Assembly (NCBI GenBank): GCA_963715245.1
Contig: CAVQRM010000001.1
Coordinates: forward strand, 965,456 to 1,029,455
From: an uncultured Chloroflexia bacterium
Lineage (GTDB): Bacteria; Chloroflexota; Limnocylindria; Limnocylindrales; CSP1-4
Length of the DNA: 64,000 nucleotides
Direction: 5' to 3'
Shown here: piece after piece, positions 38,368-46,930 of the stretch
Layout: each line of letters opens with the position of its first letter
How positions within the stretch are numbered: the stretch's first letter is position 1
Notes under the pieces: model-generated
Database searches by the model: none
Told to the model about the DNA's origin: nothing
The model's input: only the letters and a program-made list of their open reading frames with translations
Program-made: the position numbers and the translations under genes

Positions 38368-39135
38368 TCAGGCCCCGCCCGGCGTGCCCCTCCGGCGCCC
38401 GATCTCCTCGGCAACCAGGCCGGCTGCCCACGAGCCCGCGTAGCCGCCCAGCAGGCCTCCGAAGACCGCGCCCAGCGCGATCAGCCCGATCAGCGGCACG
38501 GCCGTGAGCGATACCGCGACCTCGATGCCGATCGCACCGCCGACGAGGACCCCCACCAGGCCGGCGAGCACCTCCGCAACGCCCCTGCCCGAGACCTTCA
38601 TCAGGTCCGCCGGGTCGTTGCTCGCCCGCCGCCAGCGGACGAGCGCCGGCAGCAGCGCAGCCGCGCCGATCGCCATCACCGCCACGCCGCCAACGGCCAG
38701 CCACATCCCCGGCGCGATCTCGCCCGACCCGCCCCTGCGTTCCCACGCCGCGATCTCGAGCACGGCTGCGCGGTAGCCGTTCACGCAGGTGATCGCGGCG
38801 AGGCCGATGAGCACGTACGGGATCACGTGGACCACCCGGATCCGGGACTCGACCGGCGTGCGGTGGAGCACGACGAACGCGGTCGCGCCGGCGAGAACGA
38901 CCAGGAGCACGCCGTCGCCCGCACCGCCTAGGCCGGAGAAGAACGCCTGCTCGAAGCCGAGCCGACCGGGGATCGTCCCCTGCGCCCAGGGCATGAAGCC
39001 TGCGACGAACGCCATCGCGGCCCCGATCCCGACCGTGATCCGTGCGGGGGTCAGGACGAGCGAGGAGAACCGGCGGGCCCTCGTCGGCTGCCAGCGCATC
39101 CAGTCCTGCAGGCCGCCGATCAGCCGGCCTCCCAT
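38368..39135 (-). CDS. Integral membrane protein of unknown function.
   Basis: About 6 hydrophobic segments with a Gly-rich C-terminal helix (GGLLGGYAGSWAAGLVA). Its start overlaps the stop of the upstream oxidase gene. An alternative ATG is at 39099. Confidence 0.5.
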   Translation of the reverse strand: MGGRLIGGLQDWMRWQPTRARRFSSLVLTPARITVGIGAAMAFVAGFMPWAQGTIPGRLGFEQAFFSGLGGAGDGVLLVVLAGATAFVVLHRTPVESRIRVVHVIPYVLIGLAAITCVNGYRAAVLEIAAWERRGGSGEIAPGMWLAVGGVAVMAIGAAALLPALVRWRRASNDPADLMKVSGRGVAEVLAGLVGVLVGGAIGIEVAVSLTAVPLIGLIALGAVFGGLLGGYAGSWAAGLVAEEIGRRRGTPGGA

Positions 39136-40322
39136 GCGGCGACGAGCCCGTCGCCGCCGATCCGGATCGCGCCGGCATCGGAGCGCGGGCGATCGAGCGC
39201 GAACCGGTTGTCGGCCGGCGCCGGCCCCCCGTCGAGGCGACCGACCACGTGCCGCCCGAGCTCGGGGCCGTGCTTGTACCCGTGCCCCGACCCGCCGCCG
39301 ACGAGCCAGACGTTGGCCCACGCCGGGTGCCGGTCGACGATCAGGTGGCTGTCCGGGGTCATCTCGTACTGGCACACCCGGGCCTCGATCACGGGCTGGC
39401 GTGCGAGATCGGGGAAGCGCCGCGCCGCGTACGCCCGCGCGACTCGGACGGCGTCCGGGTCCACGAGCCGCTCCCCGTTGGTCGGATCCCAGGCGGGCCC
39501 GAAGCGGTCCGGCGCGATCTTGAACCCGCCGCCCTCGGCGGACGGGAGGCCGTAGAAGGGCTGGCTCATGTCCACCCAGCACGGGATCGCCTCGTCGGTC
39601 CAACGCAGGTCGCCCGCCGCCGCGCCGAAGTACAGGACGTCCTGCTTGGTCACGCTCACGAGCCCCCCGAGGATGTCCGGGAACAGGCGGGGCAGCCAGG
39701 GACCCGCGGCGAACACGAACGCCTCGCTCGTCCAGCGGCGCCCCGTGTCGTCCTCGACGTCGAGCAGCCGGTCGCCCAGGGCCCGGCCGGGCCGGACGCC
39801 GGCGATCTCGAACGATCCACCCTGCTCCACGACGCGCCGGGCGGCCGCGGCGACACCCCGCCCGGCCATCAGCAGCCCGGCCTCGGGCTCGTACAGGGCA
39901 CCCGTGAGGCCCTCGGTGCCGATCTGCGGCCACCGGTCGCTGATGTCGGCCGGCGTCAGCCGCTCCACGGGCACGTCGAGCGCCTCGAGGGTCGGGACGG
40001 TCGCGTCGGCGAAGGCGGCGTCCTCGCCGGTGAACCACAGCGCACCGGCCTGCCGGAACAGGGTGAGCCCGGTCTCCGCCTCCAACGCCCGCCAGCCGGC
40101 GATCGACTCGCGGGCCCAGCGCGAGTACAGGGCGTCGGCGCCGTGCGCGCAGCGGCTGATGCGGGTCTGGTCGCCGGAGGTGGCCCGAGCGTGCCCGGCC
40201 CCGTACGCGTCGAGCAGCGTGACCGAGCGGCCGCCGCGAATGGCCTCGAGCGCGGTCCACGCCCCCATGACCCCGGCACCGACGACGACGAGGTCGCCGC
40301 CACCATCCCCGGCAATGCTCAT
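39120..40322 (-). CDS. FAD-dependent amine / D-amino-acid oxidase family protein (DAO; sarcosine-oxidase-like).
   Basis: DLVVVGAGVMGAWTALEA is the FAD fold. GHARATSGDQTRI, LYEPEAGLLMA and GGGSGHGYKHGPELG. Confidence 0.75.
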   Translation of the reverse strand: MSIAGDGGGDLVVVGAGVMGAWTALEAIRGGRSVTLLDAYGAGHARATSGDQTRISRCAHGADALYSRWARESIAGWRALEAETGLTLFRQAGALWFTGEDAAFADATVPTLEALDVPVERLTPADISDRWPQIGTEGLTGALYEPEAGLLMAGRGVAAAARRVVEQGGSFEIAGVRPGRALGDRLLDVEDDTGRRWTSEAFVFAAGPWLPRLFPDILGGLVSVTKQDVLYFGAAAGDLRWTDEAIPCWVDMSQPFYGLPSAEGGGFKIAPDRFGPAWDPTNGERLVDPDAVRVARAYAARRFPDLARQPVIEARVCQYEMTPDSHLIVDRHPAWANVWLVGGGSGHGYKHGPELGRHVVGRLDGGPAPADNRFALDRPRSDAGAIRIGGDGLVAAWEAG

Positions 40323-41326
40323 CGCGGCAGGACCGTCCCCAGGCCCAGCGCGGTCGCCGTCTCGAGAATGGCGCTCCCGAACACGACGTCCGCGAGCCCG
40401 GTCCCCAGGTGCGTCGCGACGATCCGGCCGGCTGGACGCCGCGGTCCGGAGGTCGTGTCGAGCGCCTCACCGAGCATCGCAGCCGGCTCCGGGTACCCGT
40501 CGAACTGCCCCGCCTCCCGGTTGGCAAGGAACTGGTCGCGGTGGTCGACGACGAACAGCGCGGCGCCTCTCGCCACGTCGGCCGAGCAGTACGTCGCGTA
40601 GTCGACCGGCACGACGAGGGTCTCCGGGCCCAGCCAGTCGTCGGTCATGACCTGGCGCTCCGGCGGTGCGACGAACGAGGCGACGGTCACGACCACGTCC
40701 GAGCCCTCTACGGCCGCCCGGGCGGAAGGAGTGACGGTTGCCGCACCGATGCCCGCGGTGCCGCGGGCCGCGTCCGCGAGCGCCGCCGCGCGTCCCGGGT
40801 CGCGGTCGTAGACGGCCAGCTCCACGCCCGGCAGCGCGTGGCCGAGGACGGGGACGTGACTCCGGCCCTGGACGCCCGCCCCGATCAGGGCGGCGCGCGG
40901 CGCACGGCCGGGAGTGGGCGGCGCCCAGGCGAGGATCGCCACGCCCGAGATCGCGGCCGTGCGCTCCGCGGTGATCGGCCCGGCATCGAGGATCGCGAGC
41001 GGGAGTCCGGTCAGCGCGTCGTTGAGCAGGAGCGTGCCGTGGATCGCGGGCAGCCCGAGGGCGTTGTTGCCGGTGAACCCGAGGACCCACTTCATCCCGA
41101 CCCGGTCGCCGGCTCCCGTGGGGTCGACGCCCGGGAGAAACGCCGGCATCGCGTGGCCGAACGACCCGTCGGGCCGGGGATGGACGCCGATCTTCGCCGG
41201 CAGCTCGGCATCGGCGGCCAGCCCGCGGAGGGTGACCTCGGCCAGCGCGATCCGCTCGCGCAGGGCCGGCATGGCGGCGGTCACGTCGGCACCCGAGAGA
41301 TAGCGGAGCGGGGGCAGGTCGGTCAT
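40319..41326 (-). CDS. Ornithine cyclodeaminase / mu-crystallin family protein (ketimine-reductase-like).
   Basis: AAGGAGG lies upstream. MKWVLGFTGNNALGLPAIHGTLLLND, GPITAERTAAISGVA and ALIGAGVQGRSHV (NAD fold). The stop overlaps the oxidase ATG. Confidence 0.75.
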   Translation of the reverse strand: MTDLPPLRYLSGADVTAAMPALRERIALAEVTLRGLAADAELPAKIGVHPRPDGSFGHAMPAFLPGVDPTGAGDRVGMKWVLGFTGNNALGLPAIHGTLLLNDALTGLPLAILDAGPITAERTAAISGVAILAWAPPTPGRAPRAALIGAGVQGRSHVPVLGHALPGVELAVYDRDPGRAAALADAARGTAGIGAATVTPSARAAVEGSDVVVTVASFVAPPERQVMTDDWLGPETLVVPVDYATYCSADVARGAALFVVDHRDQFLANREAGQFDGYPEPAAMLGEALDTTSGPRRPAGRIVATHLGTGLADVVFGSAILETATALGLGTVLPR

Positions 41327-41421
41327 CGGGCCTCCTTCGGAGCACCGAGTGTAGGCCGCGGGGCTTCGACACGGGCACGCCGTCCGGTCCTCCGGCAACC
41401 CAGGTTCGATAGTCTGGACGG

Positions 41422-42633
41422 GTGAACATCGCGCAGAGCCTCGAGAACCTCAAGTTGGAGCAGGACGCGATCGTCCTGTACGACGCGCTCGCCGGGATCG
41501 AGAAGGACCCGCGCCGCGCCGCCGCCTTCCGCCACATCGCCGACAACGAGCGCCGCCACGCGGAGATCTGGGCAACCCGGCTCCGGGAGCTCGGGGCGGT
41601 CGTCCCGCCGGCGGGCCGGCCGCGGGCCAGGGTCCGGTTCATCATCCTCGCCGCCCGGGTCCTCGGGACACGCGCGGTCTCCGACCTCGTCCAGGCGCTC
41701 GAAGGAGACGAGGAGGCGACGTACGCCGGACAGGAGGCACAGCCGGAGATCGAGGCGATCGCCGCGGACGAGCGCGAGCATGCCGAGATCTGGAAGCGGC
41801 TCGACGGCGAGGCGCCTCCGAGCGCGGGCGCGCGCCGGCCTCGCACCCGACGCGCCGAGGCGGCGGCCGTGGTGACTGCAGCGGACCATCCGCCGGTCGA
41901 GGCCGGGATGGCCGGCAGCCCCGAGGCGATCACGAAGGGCGAGGGCTGGCACCGGAGCGCGCGCTCGGGGACCCTGCGCGCGATCATCTTCGGCGTCTCG
42001 GACGGCCTCGTGTCCAACCTCGCGCTCGTGATGGGCGTCGCGGGCGCGTCGGACGAGGGCACGTTCATCCTGCTCGCCGGGGTCGCCGGCCTGCTCGCCG
42101 GGTCGTTCTCGATGGCGGCGGGCGAGTACATCTCGATGCAGAGCCAGCGCGAGCTGTTCGAGCGCCAGATCGCGCTCGAGCGCGCGGAGCTCGAGGCGAT
42201 GCCCGAGGAGGAGGAGCGGGAGCTGGTGGCCCTGTACATGGCGAAGGGGTTCCCGCGCGAGGAGGCGGAGCACGTCGCGGCGCGGATGTTCGAGGATCCG
42301 GAGCAGGCGCTCGACACGCTCGTCCGGGAAGAGCTCGGGCTCGACCCCGACGAGCTGGGCTCGCCGTGGGGGGCGGCGTTCGGGTCGTTCCTCGCGTTCG
42401 CGATCGGGGCGGTCATCCCGGTCATCCCGTACCTGTTCGGCAGCGGGTCCGTGGCGTTCGCGTTCAGCCTGGGCCTGAGCCTGGTCGCGCTGTTCGTCGT
42501 GGGGGCGGGGGTGAGCCTGCTCACCGGCCGGAGCATGCTGTTCAGCGGCTTCCGGCAGCTGGCGATCGGGGCGGGCGCGGCCGCGGTGACCTACGCCGTC
42601 GGTGCGGTCATCGGCGTCGGCGTGATGGGCTGA
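41422..42633 (+). CDS. mbfA: Ferritin-like (erythrin) domain fused to a VIT1/CCC1 iron/manganese transporter (MbfA-type).
   Basis: The N-terminus LEQDAIVLYDALAG..IADNERRHAEIW...ADEREHAEIW contains two ExxH di-iron motifs. The C-terminus IIFGVSDGLVSNLALVMGVAG..AGEYISMQSQRE and the following TM helices form the VIT1 part. Confidence 0.7.
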   Translation: MNIAQSLENLKLEQDAIVLYDALAGIEKDPRRAAAFRHIADNERRHAEIWATRLRELGAVVPPAGRPRARVRFIILAARVLGTRAVSDLVQALEGDEEATYAGQEAQPEIEAIAADEREHAEIWKRLDGEAPPSAGARRPRTRRAEAAAVVTAADHPPVEAGMAGSPEAITKGEGWHRSARSGTLRAIIFGVSDGLVSNLALVMGVAGASDEGTFILLAGVAGLLAGSFSMAAGEYISMQSQRELFERQIALERAELEAMPEEEERELVALYMAKGFPREEAEHVAARMFEDPEQALDTLVREELGLDPDELGSPWGAAFGSFLAFAIGAVIPVIPYLFGSGSVAFAFSLGLSLVALFVVGAGVSLLTGRSMLFSGFRQLAIGAGAAAVTYAVGAVIGVGVMG

Positions 42634-42658
42634 CGGGGAGCGGGAGGCTGGTGCGGGC

Positions 42659-42979
42659 GTGACGGGGAGGCGTGACCTGGAGGCGCGGCTGCGGGCGGAG
42701 GGCCTCGACCCGGGCGCCTGGTCGAACGGGCCCGGCGACCGGTACGGTGCGCACGACCACGGCTACGACAAGGTGCTCGTGTGCGCCTCGGGCTCCATCA
42801 GGTTCGGCCTGCCCGGGAGCGGCGCCATGGTCGAGCTCGGGGTGGGGGACCGGCTCGACCTGCCGGCGGGCACCGCGCATGACGCCGCGGTCGGACCCGA
42901 TGGCGTCACCTGCCTCGAGGCGCACCTGCCGGCGGGCCGGCTGTCCGCGGTGCTGCGCCGCCCGGCGGGCGACTGGTAG
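42659..42979 (+). CDS. Cupin-domain protein.
   Basis: GDRYGAHDHGYDKVLVCASGSIRFGL..DLPAGTAHDAAVG shows cupin metal-site spacing. 106 aa. Confidence 0.6.
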   Translation: MTGRRDLEARLRAEGLDPGAWSNGPGDRYGAHDHGYDKVLVCASGSIRFGLPGSGAMVELGVGDRLDLPAGTAHDAAVGPDGVTCLEAHLPAGRLSAVLRRPAGDW

Positions 42980-43045
42980 CCGCCGGCAACGACGAACGCC
43001 CCGGCGGGTGCCGGGGCGTTCGTGCGAGTAGGCTGTGGTTCGCGC

Positions 43046-43189
43046 CTAGCGGCGACCGAGGGTTGCCCAGAGAAACGGGTTCTCCCGGGGATCGCTGGCT
43101 CGCTCTGAGTCTCCGGCGCTCATCACGATGGTGATGATCGAGAACAGCGCGAGGAGCGCGAACATGACGACGATGACCATGTCTTGCAT
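43046..43189 (-). CDS. Candidate small hydrophobic peptide (44-47 aa), absent from the ORF track.
   Basis: My manual translation reads MQDMVIVVMFALLALFSIITIVMSAGDSERASDPRENPFLWATLGRR-stop. GAAGG abuts the first ATG and lies 9 nt before the second (43180). It has one clear TM helix and sits in the locally AT-richer stretch upstream of the Lrp gene. Confidence 0.35.
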   Translation of the reverse strand: MQDMVIVVMFALLALFSIITIVMSAGDSERASDPRENPFLWATLGRR

Positions 43190-43295
43190 CCTTCGCTTCG
43201 GAGGAGCTGCCGCGGACCGATGTGGATCCCGCCGACGGTTCGACGGGGCCGACGCTCCAGTTGTCCCAGATGTAGTCCAAGATACCTAAGAATCC

Positions 43296-43319
43296 TAGGC
43301 AAAGCAACTTGTATGCCTA
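43296..43319. promoter_or_regulatory. Inverted repeat TAGGCA-N12-TGCCTA in the AT-rich leader of the Lrp/AsnC gene.
   Basis: Seen directly, 16 nt upstream of the GTG at 43335. The surrounding 43260-43335 is the least GC-rich stretch of the window. Confidence 0.3.
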
Positions 43320-43334
43320 ACGAATAGGTACCAT

Positions 43335-43844
43335 GTGAGCAAGAACCACTCGCTCAGTGACACGGACGCGCGGATCGTCGCGAGCCTCCAGGAGGATGGC
43401 CGGCGCTCGTACGCGGACGTGGGGTCGGAGCTCGGGATGGCGGGCCCATCGGCCTACGAGCGGGTCAAGAAGCTCGAATCGCGAGGCGTGATCCGCGGCT
43501 ACCGGGCGGTGGTCGATCCGGCGGCCGTCGGCCTCTCGGTGCTCGCGTTCACGTGGGTGACGCAGGCGCCGGGCACGATCTCGACCGACCTCACCCCGCA
43601 GTTCGCGCTGATCCCCGAGATCGAGGAATGCCACTACATCACGGGCGAGGCCGACTACATCCTCAAGATCCGGGCACGCGACATGGAGCACCTGGGCGAG
43701 GTTGTCCGGGCCGTGCAGACGACGCAGCACGTGTACGCGACCGAGACCGACGTGGTGTTCACGACCGGGTTCGAGGGGCGGCCGCTGCCACTGGACCGGG
43801 GATCTGCCGAGGGCGCCGAAACCGGGCGACGCAGGGGCGCGTAG
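43335..43844 (+). CDS. Lrp/AsnC-family transcriptional regulator.
   Basis: LSDTDARIVASLQEDGRRSYADVGSELGMAGPSAYERVKKLESRGVIRGY is the HTH. The AsnC-type ligand domain follows (ECHYITGEADYILKIRARDMEHL). Confidence 0.85.
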   Translation: MSKNHSLSDTDARIVASLQEDGRRSYADVGSELGMAGPSAYERVKKLESRGVIRGYRAVVDPAAVGLSVLAFTWVTQAPGTISTDLTPQFALIPEIEECHYITGEADYILKIRARDMEHLGEVVRAVQTTQHVYATETDVVFTTGFEGRPLPLDRGSAEGAETGRRRGA

Positions 43845-43847
43845 GAG

Positions 43848-44510
43848 GTGGTGGATCGCCAGACGGGCGTACCCGAGGACGCGGTGCTGGTGCAAGCCGT
43901 CGCCACCGGGTCTCAGGACGCCCTGGCGGCGCTCTATGACCGGCACGTCGACGGCGTCCATGCCGTCGCGCTCCGGTTGACCAATGATCGGCAGATTGCC
44001 GAGGAGGTCGTGCAGGAGACGTTCCTCGCCCTCTGGAACCGGGCCGAGCTGTTCGACCCGTCGATCGCGTCGCTCGCCACCTGGCTCCGGACGATCGCCC
44101 GGAACCGGACGGTGGACCGGTTGCGCGCGGCTGGCCGGCGACCGGCCCTCGTGCCGCTCCCGGGTCACCGGGAGGACGGGGAGCCGGACGTCGGGTTCGA
44201 CCGGGTCGGGCTCGATGCCGTCGTGCTCGGCGGAGCGGCGCCCGATCCGGATCCGGAGCGTGCCGCCGAGTCGGCGGACGTGCGGGCCGCCATCACCTCG
44301 GCGCTCGCGGCGATGCCCGAGGATGAGCGAGTCGTCGTCGTTCTCGCCTATCGCGAGGGCCTGACGCAGACCGAGATCGCGGAGCGGCTCGACTGGCCGC
44401 TGGGTACGGTGAAGACGCGGACACGGCGGGCGCTCGCCCGCCTGCGTGCCGCGCTCGAGGCGGGCGACGTCGGGGCAGGTCCCCGGGGCGGCCCGCGAGA
44501 CGGATGGTGA
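43848..44510 (+). CDS. ECF-type RNA polymerase sigma-70 factor.
   Basis: ALAALYDRHVDGVHAVALRLT, EEVVQETFLALWNRA and WLRTIARNRTVDRLR cover regions 2.x. VVVLAYREGLTQTEIAERLDWPLGTVKTRTRRALARLR is region 4. The start is uncertain because the SD abuts the first GTG. Confidence 0.85.
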   Translation: MVDRQTGVPEDAVLVQAVATGSQDALAALYDRHVDGVHAVALRLTNDRQIAEEVVQETFLALWNRAELFDPSIASLATWLRTIARNRTVDRLRAAGRRPALVPLPGHREDGEPDVGFDRVGLDAVVLGGAAPDPDPERAAESADVRAAITSALAAMPEDERVVVVLAYREGLTQTEIAERLDWPLGTVKTRTRRALARLRAALEAGDVGAGPRGGPRDGW

Positions 44511-45319
44511 TGGAGCACGCTGAGGCGCTGGAGCGCATCGAGATCGCGGCGGCTGAGCCGGACGGGCTCGACCGGCTGATGGCGGGCGACACGGCGGATG
44601 CCGCCGCGATCGCCGGCCACCTCGCCGGCTGTCCGACGTGCGTCGCGGAGCTGGCCCGCATCCGGCGCAGCTCGGCCATCGCGCGTGAGGTCATCCGGAC
44701 GCAGCCCGATCCAGCCCTGCGTGCATGGACGCTGTCGTTCGTGCGCGCCGAGGGCGTTCCGCGTGGCGACCAGGCGGCCGCGCCTGGCGAGCCGGTGGTC
44801 GGCGAGGCCGCCCGTGGACCCCGACGGGTACCGCGCCTCGGCTGGATCGCCGCCGCCGCCGCGGTCGTGATCCTCGCGCTTGGCGCCGGGTACCTGGCCG
44901 GCGGCCCGTCGCGCGACCGCGTCGAGACCGCTGAGCGAGAGGCGTCGCTGCTCGCCCAGGCGGCCGAGGCAACGCTGCGCATCCAGGCCCAGCCCGACGC
45001 CACCCGGGTCGCGCTCGCCCCGACCGCGGACGCCCCGGGAGCCGCGGGAACCCTGCTGTACTCCCCGTCGAGCGGCGAGCTCGTGACGATTGCCATGGAC
45101 CTGCCGCAGACCGCTCCGGGTCAGGAGTACGGCTGCTGGATCGAGGTCGAGGGGAACCGCGAGCGGATCGGCCGGATGTACCGGGCCGGCGAGCTGTGGA
45201 CGTGGGCAGGGCCCGTCGATGGTCTCGACCAGCTGTCATCCGGCGCGGTGTTCGGGGTGTCCGTCGGCCCCGTGGGCGGGAGCCCTGACAGCGTCCCGAT
45301 GCTGACCGGCGGCGTCTGA
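44504..45319 (+). CDS. Anti-sigma factor: zf-HC2-like N-terminus, one TM segment and an RskA-like extracytoplasmic domain.
   Basis: It overlaps the sigma gene stop. HLAGCPTCVAELARIR is followed by the TM segment LGWIAAAAAVVILALGAGYL. The C-terminal GTLLYSPSSGELVTIAMDLPQTAPGQEYGCWIEVEG..FGVSVGPVGG resembles the anti-sigma-K C-domain. Confidence 0.75.
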   Translation: MVMEHAEALERIEIAAAEPDGLDRLMAGDTADAAAIAGHLAGCPTCVAELARIRRSSAIAREVIRTQPDPALRAWTLSFVRAEGVPRGDQAAAPGEPVVGEAARGPRRVPRLGWIAAAAAVVILALGAGYLAGGPSRDRVETAEREASLLAQAAEATLRIQAQPDATRVALAPTADAPGAAGTLLYSPSSGELVTIAMDLPQTAPGQEYGCWIEVEGNRERIGRMYRAGELWTWAGPVDGLDQLSSGAVFGVSVGPVGGSPDSVPMLTGGV

Positions 45320-45332
45320 CCCGCTCGCCCGG

Positions 45333-45788
45333 CTAGGGGCGCGGCGGCGCCTCGTCCAGCGCTTCCTGCTCGGTCGGACGGGCCGAATCGACGGGGAGCG
45401 TCCCCGTCGCGGCCGCATCGGCGGGACCGGCCGCCTCGGTCGGCGCGGCCGGCTGGGCCGCGATGGCACCCTCGGCGGGGAGCGGCTCGGCCGGCGGCTC
45501 GACGGTCACGCCCCAGGCCGCGAGCTGGGGCAGCTCGTCCGGCGCGACGAGCACGTCGGGCGGCGGGAAGCCGAGGTACCGGCGGTGCGCCCGGAGCACC
45601 TCCTCCGCGAGCTCCTCGTCGAGGAGCGGCGTGTCCAGCGTCCGGGCGATCCATGCCGCCTCGGCCGCAACCTCGTCGTCCGAGATCTCGCGGTCACGCC
45701 GGGCGAAGTCGGCGAGCACCAGCCAGGTCAGCGCGCCGCCCGCGACGACGCCCACGATGAGGAGCCACCAGTTGAACTCGGCGCCCAT
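45333..45788 (-). CDS. Single-pass membrane protein of unknown function.
   Basis: MGAEFNWWLLIVGVVAGGALTWLVLA is followed by an acidic, Ala/Pro-rich tail. An alternative GTG start is at 45848. Confidence 0.4.
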   Translation of the reverse strand: MGAEFNWWLLIVGVVAGGALTWLVLADFARRDREISDDEVAAEAAWIARTLDTPLLDEELAEEVLRAHRRYLGFPPPDVLVAPDELPQLAAWGVTVEPPAEPLPAEGAIAAQPAAPTEAAGPADAAATGTLPVDSARPTEQEALDEAPPRP

Positions 45789-45883
45789 CAGGGCTGCGTG
45801 GCCCGGGGCGGGGGATCGGCGTGCATCGCGGCCGAGGATAACCGACACGGCCGACGATCGCGGCCGGGCTACACTCCCGTGCG

Positions 45884-46930
45884 ATGCCTGATCCGCTGTT
45901 GCCCTTCGCCGCGCTCGTCTCCGTCCTGGGCGCGATCACCGTGACCCCCGACCCGATCGCGTTCCAGCTCGGGCCGATCCCGGTCTACTGGTATGGCGTC
46001 TGCTATGCCGTGGGCCTGGCGGCCACGTACTTCGTGATCACCCGCGAGGCGCGGCGGCGCGGCCTCAACGCGACGCTCGTCGACAACGGGATCATCATCG
46101 TCGCGGTCGCGGCGCTGATCGGTGGCCGGCTGTACCACGTCATCGACCAGTGGGAGCGCTACCAGGACAACCTGCTCTCGATCGTCCTGCCTCCGTACAC
46201 CGGCCTCGGCGTCTACGGCGGGATCCTCACCGGCGTCATCGTCGCGTGGATCATCCTGCGGCTCTGGAAGCAGTCCTTCTGGAAGTGGGCCGACGTCATC
46301 GCCCCGGGCCTGTTCGTGATGCAGGCGATCGGCCGCTGGGGCAACTTCTTCAACCAGGAGCTCTACGGACCGCCGACGAACCTGCCCTGGGGCATCGCGA
46401 TCGACTGCGCCCACCGGGTCCCCGAGTATCCGTGCACGACCTACCCGTTCGAGACGACGTTCTTCCAGCCCCTGTTCCTGTACGAGTCGGTGAGCGGGAT
46501 CCTGGGCGCCGTCACGCTGCTGTTCATCGCGCGTCGATGGGGTGCGCGGATGCGGCCGGGCGACCTGTTCCTGCTGTTCCTGGTCTGGTACGCAATCGTC
46601 CGCCTCGCGCTCGAGTCGCTGCGGACCGGCAACTGGATCGTGCTCGGCATCCCGACCGCGACGCTCGTCTCGATCGTGGTGATCGTGGGCGCGCTGGTCG
46701 TGCTCGCGTACCGGCACCGGCCCGGCGCTGCCGATGGCGACCGGTGGGGCGACCCCCCGGCGACCGAGGAGGACACGGGTGACGCGGACGACGAACCCGC
46801 CGCCGGCGACGAACCAGCTGCCGGCGACGAACCAGCCGCCGAGCCGGACGGAGACGGCGATGAAGCCGACGAACCGGCCGACGCGCCCGCCGGAGGCGGC
46901 GATGGCGCCGACGACACCGCCGGCACCTGA
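45884..46930 (+). CDS. lgt: Prolipoprotein diacylglyceryl transferase.
   Basis: PIPVYWYGVCYAVGLA, GGRLYHVI, GLGVYGGILTG, QAIGRWGNFFNQELYG, PWGIAID and QPLFLYES. It has an acidic C-terminal extension. Confidence 0.9.
   Translation: MPDPLLPFAALVSVLGAITVTPDPIAFQLGPIPVYWYGVCYAVGLAATYFVITREARRRGLNATLVDNGIIIVAVAALIGGRLYHVIDQWERYQDNLLSIVLPPYTGLGVYGGILTGVIVAWIILRLWKQSFWKWADVIAPGLFVMQAIGRWGNFFNQELYGPPTNLPWGIAIDCAHRVPEYPCTTYPFETTFFQPLFLYESVSGILGAVTLLFIARRWGARMRPGDLFLLFLVWYAIVRLALESLRTGNWIVLGIPTATLVSIVVIVGALVVLAYRHRPGAADGDRWGDPPATEEDTGDADDEPAAGDEPAAGDEPAAEPDGDGDEADEPADAPAGGGDGADDTAGT
46790..46843. repeat. Three tandem 18-nt units encoding DEPAAG/DEPAAG/DEPAAE in the Lgt tail.
   Basis: GACGAACC(C/A)GC(C/T)GCCGGC occurs three times, in frame. 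Confidence 0.8.

Noticed and set aside
36658-38931. A 757-aa plus-strand ORF, and the 30133-31965 minus-strand 610-aa ORF.
   Set aside because: They are antisense to the SDR, EamA, membrane-protein and alpha-glucosidase genes respectively. They have no recognisable domains. This is the same high-GC artefact.
42906-43307. The listed 133-aa minus-strand ORF.
   Set aside because: It gives a Pro/Arg/Gly-rich translation running across an intergenic, partly AT-rich region. A different frame on the same strand gives a compact SD-preceded hydrophobic peptide (43046-43189), which I consider more plausible, though still uncertain.
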